Shown here piece by piece: positions 59,371-64,000 of a DNA stretch of 64,000 nt. Both the position numbers and the translations under genes were made by a program. Source of the DNA: Candidatus Ryanbacteria bacterium CG10_big_fil_rev_8_21_14_0_10_43_42 (lineage in GTDB: Bacteria; Patescibacteriota; Minisyncoccia; Ryanbacterales; 2-02-FULL-48-12); contig PFEF01000008.1 in NCBI GenBank assembly GCA_002793915.1, positions 18,159 through 82,158 on the forward strand, read 5' to 3'. The first letter of the stretch is position 1. Each line of letters opens with the position of its first letter. The notes beneath the pieces are model-generated. The model had not been told where the DNA came from. It was given only the letters and a program-made list of their open reading frames with translations, and searched no databases.

Positions 59371-59406
59371 AAAGAAATACCACCCCTCAAGGGCGGTATT
59401 TCTTTT
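59371..59406. terminator. Bidirectional terminator
   Basis: AAAGAAATACC.CCC/GGG.GGTATTTCTTT. Confidence 0.7.
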
Positions 59407-59553
59407 GAATCTTAATAATGTATGGTGGGCGATCATCTTTTACCTAGAACTGAATTATTACCTAAATACCACGAAAAGTACAATTTAGTGTTGATTTGCA
59501 ACGAAATTGATACATTAATTAAAAGAATTGCTTGCAGAAATTAATAGACAAAC

Positions 59554-59587
59554 AAAAAAGCACCACCAAGGCGGTGGTGCTTTTTTT
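59554..59587 (-). terminator. Terminator of the GHKL ATPase gene
   Basis: AAAAAAGCACCACC/GGTGGTGCTTTTTT. Confidence 0.8.
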
Positions 59588-59593
59588 AGATGG

Positions 59594-61132
59594 CTATGAC
59601 CCCAATAATATTCGTAAGTTTGCTGACATTGAGACCATAATGTTATCCATCATCTCATATGCATCTTCATTGGTAGAATATTTAATTTTTGCTTCTCCCA
59701 TTGAATAAGCCAAGAATGATACTGCGTTTAGCAGGTCTTTATTATCCTTGTTTTCAAGGATAAAACGTCGGTAAAATGGATGGGCAATATTCCATAGAAT
59801 AATTGTCTTTTTACCTTGTTTTTCTACGTCAAATATAATTCCCGCGCTTCCAAAATCATGTAATTCAAACTTTGCTATTTCAGGAAGAGATGGGCGTCCT
59901 CTGTGTTTATCTGTCTCCGGCGTTTTATTTTCTTCTTTCTCTCTTGCTTTTCGTGTTCTTTTTACAGGTATTTCCTTTTTTGCGTCAGACACATCAAGGA
60001 GTTTTCTGCTTTGAGCTATAGCTTTTTCAGCATCACTAAAGTTTAAATCTTCTGACTCTTCTACAGAATGGATTTTTCGGAAGCGGTTCCGAAGAGTATC
60101 GATTTGCGGCAATACATCATTTTTCAACTTGTCTAACACCGCTTGTGATGGTTTCACACCATGTTTGGAGTAATTAACACCCATAGCCTGATCTAATGTT
60201 CCCGGGAAGAATATCTCAACTCGTACTCGGTTTAGATCATTGTGTTTTGAGAAAATATTTAGCGTTTCCCCACCAGAGATTTGTCTATGGTTCCTAATTA
60301 GATAAAATCCTTGATTTGTTTGATTGAGTTTAAGTTTCCTGTTTATTGATTGGTCAAACATGGGAAGAACATGGATCTTAACAACTATTTCTTCTTCTCC
60401 AATGTTTGGAACTTTAATCGAAAACTTTTCACTACTGTAAAGTTCAGACCGTTTTTTATATTCATCCACCAAAATACCATCTTGCCACATGGGATCCACA
60501 ATATCAACTTTAGAGTTGTTAACTGTAATAACTTTGCCCGCGCGGAGAAACTCTCTGAATACTTCACCAAAATACTTACTTACCCTGTCAGAAAGCTCAT
60601 TAATATCCGTATAATTAACCTGATCACACTTTTCAATGATTAGTACCGTTCCGCATTTATCCAACCCATATCCTGCCGCAATACGCATATCCTCTTTGGA
60701 TGATTTCTCCCTGTAAACCTTAAAGTCATTAACTTCCGCCATATAATCCAAATCCATAATACCGGTGAGCATATCTTGTCCTTCCTCTTTGGTGTATATA
60801 ACAACCCTTCTTCCTATGGATATAGATGCGGTTACAAGCCCCATCCCAAACCTACCAAGGTCTGACTGGGTATCACGGGAAGTTAGAGATCCTAATTTTA
60901 GTGCTTGTTCTAATACATCTTCACTCATCCCGATCCCGTTGTCTGCAATAGATACCCGATAATCCTCCCTGTTTTTTTCAATTTTTATGTCTATAAGACT
61001 GGCGTCAGCATCAAGCGAATTATCTACCAAATCAGCTAAAGCGATGCTGTTATCATAGCCGCTAAATCGAAGGGACTCCATCAGTTTAGAGGCGTTAGGA
61101 GTATTATTCCTAGAGAAGTTTTTGTATTCCAT
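59594..61132 (-). CDS. MORC/MutL-like GHKL (HATPase_c_3) ATPase
   Basis: SLR..GYD...ALADLVDNSLDA, IADNGIGM, LGRFGMGL.TAS.S.G, GT; S5-like region GFY..RN.RQI. Confidence 0.88.
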   Translation of the reverse strand: MEYKNFSRNNTPNASKLMESLRFSGYDNSIALADLVDNSLDADASLIDIKIEKNREDYRVSIADNGIGMSEDVLEQALKLGSLTSRDTQSDLGRFGMGLVTASISIGRRVVIYTKEEGQDMLTGIMDLDYMAEVNDFKVYREKSSKEDMRIAAGYGLDKCGTVLIIEKCDQVNYTDINELSDRVSKYFGEVFREFLRAGKVITVNNSKVDIVDPMWQDGILVDEYKKRSELYSSEKFSIKVPNIGEEEIVVKIHVLPMFDQSINRKLKLNQTNQGFYLIRNHRQISGGETLNIFSKHNDLNRVRVEIFFPGTLDQAMGVNYSKHGVKPSQAVLDKLKNDVLPQIDTLRNRFRKIHSVEESEDLNFSDAEKAIAQSRKLLDVSDAKKEIPVKRTRKAREKEENKTPETDKHRGRPSLPEIAKFELHDFGSAGIIFDVEKQGKKTIILWNIAHPFYRRFILENKDNKDLLNAVSFLAYSMGEAKIKYSTNEDAYEMMDNIMVSMSANLRILLGS

Positions 61133-61141
61133 TTTATTTGA

Positions 61142-61333
61142 CCTCGATAGCTATTAACCACCAAGATCGGTTAATTTTAATAAACAAAAACAGACCACAT
61201 AGAGCGTCTGTGTACGTTAAAAATATTATGGATCCATAAGCTTTTAGATTAGGCCTCGATAACGCCGTAGCGCCACCAAAACACTGCTTATAATTTAATA
61301 TCTCCAGTATACATGATGAGATTTTTTTGTCAA
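61142..61333 (-). promoter_or_regulatory. Promoter plus leader with tandem bipartite boxes and an internal terminator
   Basis: TTGACA-16-TATACT; TTGGTGG-n-TATCGAGG twice; ACAGAC/GTCTGT plus U-tract between the copies. Confidence 0.6.
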
Positions 61334-61360
61334 GCGCATGTGATCATGTATAGTGAAGAC

Positions 61361-61651
61361 ATGTTTAGAAACGAGGAGAAATCTGAACACAAAGACCTGC
61401 CCACCACACTAGAGTCCTTGGACACGGGTGATGGGCTATACATTGCTATTGGTGATCCATTGCCCAACGGAGACGTAAAAGTAAACTACTTTTACAGCAA
61501 TGAGATACCTAAACTGAAAGCAAAAGTTGGAAATACTGTGCGCCAAATGAAAATCTCGTATGACTCTGTTGCGTACGACAACAATCAGTTGCTACATCTT
61601 TTATTTGGAAAAACAAAAAAGTTTCGTGAACAAGTTAAAGAAAAAAACTAA
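61361..61651 (+). CDS. Hypothetical protein (probable 5' part of a frameshifted gene)
   Basis: MFRNEEK...; stop falls just after an A7 run. Confidence 0.55.
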   Translation: MFRNEEKSEHKDLPTTLESLDTGDGLYIAIGDPLPNGDVKVNYFYSNEIPKLKAKVGNTVRQMKISYDSVAYDNNQLLHLLFGKTKKFREQVKEKN

Positions 61652-62045
61652 CCCGGATAATGTTTTTGTTGACAGCAAAGAACTTGTTGAGTTTCTTCAT
61701 GGTGCCATTCGCGCCAAAGGAAGAACGACGCAACATACGCAATTTTCAGTAAGAGAAGCGATATTTCTATCCGAACTTATTTTACACAAACAAAACGATC
61801 TAGTCCTATTTGTAATTGCGGACTATATGGCTGATAACTACCACAGTAGAGTTTCTGTATTTGCAAATGGTGCTTCATTCAGACGATTGCAATTCTTCAA
61901 ACAATTTCTTTTGCATAAAGGAAATGCTACTAAAGCGGCAATTGGTGCTGGCTACAGTCCAAAATCAGCCAAGCAACAGGGTCATAGATTACTTCGTTGG
62001 ATACAAAATAATCAACACAAATCAGTATCTGGGTTTCCTCTATAA
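61560..62045 (+). CDS. Protein ending in a terminase-small-subunit-type HTH (probable 3' part of a frameshifted gene)
   Basis: F...L..GNATKAAIGAGYSPKSAKQQG.RLL. Confidence 0.65.
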   Translation: MTLLRTTTISCYIFYLEKQKSFVNKLKKKTNPDNVFVDSKELVEFLHGAIRAKGRTTQHTQFSVREAIFLSELILHKQNDLVLFVIADYMADNYHSRVSVFANGASFRRLQFFKQFLLHKGNATKAAIGAGYSPKSAKQQGHRLLRWIQNNQHKSVSGFPL

Positions 62046-62132
62046 GTCATCAAAAGTAAGCATTTTACTCGAACCAATAGAAACTCTTGCCTAAAGTAAG
62101 CCGGATCCACTGATTTGCTATCAATGGCATAT

Positions 62133-62429
62133 TTAGTGATTTTGTTCTTTGGCTTTACTCGAAAAAGTAATCCCTATCCCAAGCAACACGATGAATACAC
62201 TCAATTGAACCAGCCCATGGAGCGAGAAAGCCTCAAAAATGAAATTAAGTATATAACCAAGATAAGGAATAAACACTGTCCAAGTTGGGGGAGTAGGGAT
62301 CGCAAAACCAAACAAATCTCTTGCAAACGGCTCATCAGGTTCTTTAGAAACTATCATTGAAAAACTTATGAGGAAAACGATAGCAATCCCGATAAAAAAA
62401 TTGCCAACAATTCTATTTAATTTTAACAT
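62133..62429 (-). CDS. Small membrane protein
   Basis: 2-3 TM helices; ATG preceded by CCTACGCGAAAAT. Confidence 0.7.
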   Translation of the reverse strand: MLKLNRIVGNFFIGIAIVFLISFSMIVSKEPDEPFARDLFGFAIPTPPTWTVFIPYLGYILNFIFEAFSLHGLVQLSVFIVLLGIGITFSSKAKEQNH

Positions 62430-62432
62430 ATT

Positions 62433-62510
62433 TTCGCGTAGGTTTTAAGCTAATAATTGCTCACACAAAAAGTCCGCATAACACACATCGACAATTCTTT
62501 TCGGATACTG
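62433..62510 (-). repeat. Degenerate copy of the 63318-63417 leader element
   Basis: Aligns with 63318-63417 with an internal deletion between two TTTCGG words. Confidence 0.85.
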
Positions 62511-62558
62511 CGGGATATTCCAAAGAATAACTTATTGATTACATACTTTCAGGCATCA

Positions 62559-62963
62559 CTACGATAACCACACAAGGCGCACAAATATGAGATAACCAAG
62601 CAGTAGAATTACCGTTATTGGTGTAAAAACCAACATCATTCGCCATTCTTTTTTATCTTTTGTTTTGTCTAAACGCATAAGCGATATTGTGCCGGTGGCA
62701 ACAGCAAAGATCATAAATACGATGGTCAGATACAAAGACGCAACAAAAAGGTTCTCGGAAGCAAAGAACAGGAAATCATCCAAATCTTCATGCCTTTCTA
62801 ACCAGTCTGACAAGTATTCATACCTGTATACAAAATCATATAACCAGTCAAACGACGACGGCAAAAATGTTCCTATCCCCACCCACAGTAATCCAATAAC
62901 ATACAGCACAATGAAAACGAGAGTAAGTTTTGAGTATTTATTTGTTGTTGAAAACATATTCAT
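62559..62963 (-). CDS. Small three-TM membrane protein
   Basis: Hydrophobic segments; 8 nt downstream of the previous gene. Confidence 0.7.
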   Translation of the reverse strand: MNMFSTTNKYSKLTLVFIVLYVIGLLWVGIGTFLPSSFDWLYDFVYRYEYLSDWLERHEDLDDFLFFASENLFVASLYLTIVFMIFAVATGTISLMRLDKTKDKKEWRMMLVFTPITVILLLGYLIFVRLVWLS

Positions 62964-62971
62964 GGTTTATA

Positions 62972-63316
62972 TTATTTTCCTCTAATAAACAAAGTTTTTA
63001 TCCTATGGCGTAGTAGTATCAAGATCCCCAAAATTATGAAAACGAGCCTCAACAATGGTTCGTCAGTAATATCACCCCCTACTTTTCCAAGAAAAACGCC
63101 GGGAAGTAAACCAACTACTACCAGCAAATAACCAAACAAGTCCCATTCGGAGCGATTATTTTTTTTGTAATTTTCTAGCGACTCTTTGTCAGTTATTGTA
63201 GACTGAAAATAATCTTCTCGCGCTTTTCCTTTTAGAAAAGGTGGGATTGGCTTGCCTACCAACTTAAAGTTAGGTTTGTACAGCTCATCCTGCTTTTTTT
63301 CGTTTTGATTTTCCAT
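62972..63316 (-). CDS. Small protein with two C-terminal TM helices
   Basis: Start refined to MENQNEK at 63316, preceded by CCTACGCGAAC. Confidence 0.7.
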   Translation of the reverse strand: MENQNEKKQDELYKPNFKLVGKPIPPFLKGKAREDYFQSTITDKESLENYKKNNRSEWDLFGYLLVVVGLLPGVFLGKVGGDITDEPLLRLVFIILGILILLRHRIKTLFIRGK

Positions 63317-63351
63317 GTTCGCGTAGGTTTTAACTATTAAAAGTTGGCCAC

Positions 63352-63465
63352 AAAAAAGGCCGCACAACTCACACCGACAATTCCTTTCGGAATTGTCCAG
63401 CACCCTTTCGGGTACTGACCTACGCGAATAAGTGGCGGTCATGCGACCATCTTTATTCGCGTAGG
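63352..63465 (-). ncRNA. Candidate structured antisense/attenuator RNA
   Basis: 11-bp closing stem plus U6, two GAAA-tetraloop hairpins, unpaired UUAUUCGCGUAGGU segment. Confidence 0.6.
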
Positions 63466-63523
63466 ATTTGATACCATACCTTTAGAAATCTAAAGGGTTA
63501 GGTTTGTAAGTATAATTATATAA

Positions 63524-64000
63524 TCACAATTGTGATAAGGGAAGCTGATCTTCTTTCTTCAAGCTCATTTCTCTATAGATCTTCTTTAAGCTTTCCTTCG
63601 CATATCTTATAAAAGTATCATATTCTTCTTTTTGCCTATCAACTTCTTTCAAGAATGCCTCATACATTTTAAGAGACCCCGGCATGTTGTTATTCTTTTC
63701 GTACATTAAGCCTTGTACAAAAAGAAGCTCTTTTTTGCTTTGATATTTTTTATAGTATTCAGCTAAAAACACTAATACACTATTGAGCGTAAAATCCGTT
63801 ACATATCCATCAAGTGCCTTCTTATACAAATTAAACGATCTTTCAAAATTGCCTTCAAGTAAAACAAGAAAGGCTTCGCTATATCTCCAAGCACTATCAG
63901 GTAAACTACTGTTCCTATTTTGTTTTTTAATTTGTTTAATAACTTTTTTTGACCCCAACACATCTCCTTTTTCAAAAAGGTATAAGGCTTTGCTTAAACG
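63524..64000 (-). CDS. Helical-repeat (TPR-like) protein, partial
   Basis: Frame open to the window edge; TPR-like pattern (G.FE.S..LY.KAL; G..YEK......L..YE.FL). Confidence 0.6.
   Translation of the reverse strand, partial: RLSKALYLFEKGDVLGSKKVIKQIKKQNRNSSLPDSAWRYSEAFLVLLEGNFERSFNLYKKALDGYVTDFTLNSVLVFLAEYYKKYQSKKELLFVQGLMYEKNNNMPGSLKMYEAFLKEVDRQKEEYDTFIRYAKESLKKIYREMSLKKEDQLPLSQL

Larger units (their letters stand above)
59423..64000. mobile_element. Left part of an integrated island (prophage/satellite-like); continues past the window
   Basis: Begins at TGGTGGGCGAT (reverse complement of a tRNA-Val-like 3' end); appears more AT-rich; carries a GHKL ATPase, a terminase-small-subunit HTH and orphan membrane genes. 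Confidence 0.6.

Noticed and set aside
59423-59500. Complete tRNA gene
   Set aside because: Only 11 nt match an acceptor 3' end; no T-loop or cloverleaf. No tRNA or rRNA gene was recognised anywhere in the window.
63317-63442. Cys-containing N-terminal extension of ORF 62972..63442
   Set aside because: Overlaps the structured RNA element; the ATG at 63316 mirrors the box-ATG arrangement at 62429.
117-63442. Many short antisense or overlapping ORFs in the six-frame track
   Set aside because: They lie within well-supported genes and lack recognisable motifs or start signals; treated as shadow ORFs.
62430-63470. Repeats as a CRISPR array or integron attC sites
   Set aside because: Only two long copies separated by whole genes; no regular spacers, no cas genes, no RYYYAAC/GTTRRRY ends.

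Overview
A 64-kb window of a Patescibacteria/CPR (Parcubacteria-like) chromosome spanning the replication origin. The taxonomy is inferred from gene content and order. It holds rpmH-rnpA-yidD-yidC-jag | dnaA-oriC-dnaN, with a C-rich to G-rich skew switch on the + strand at about 32.3 kb and a Bacillus-type DnaA-box/DnaA-trio unwinding element. Housekeeping genes include a Xer recombinase, rpsO-NYN-pnp, dksA-like, comM, pcrA, rsmA, PBP1A, tyrS, ruvABC, pilB, tsaE, polA, a two-component pair, holA, rpsT, uvrB and murE. A 12-kb CPR-type T4SS-like operon (VirB6-like, PrgI, VirB4, pilin, Cys/Asp-rich surface proteins) lies at 16.2-28.4 kb. Several orphan genes sit in self-contained promoter-SD-ORF-terminator cassettes. 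From about 59.4 kb an apparently more AT-rich island begins at a tRNA-Val-like 3'-end remnant. Main non-obvious findings: (1) in the island, a multi-hairpin RNA whose unpaired segment is complementary to CCTACGCGAA sites at its own 5' end and at the start codons of two membrane-protein genes; (2) a second bipartite tandem motif flanking a terminator upstream of a lone GHKL/MORC ATPase; (3) an unannotated 6S-RNA-like rod between ruvB and pilB; (4) structured leaders on the NYN and pnp genes; (5) a 28-aa hyper-acidic microprotein; (6) a FliA-type sigma factor with a long C-terminal extension. All RNA structures were paired by eye; no databases were searched.
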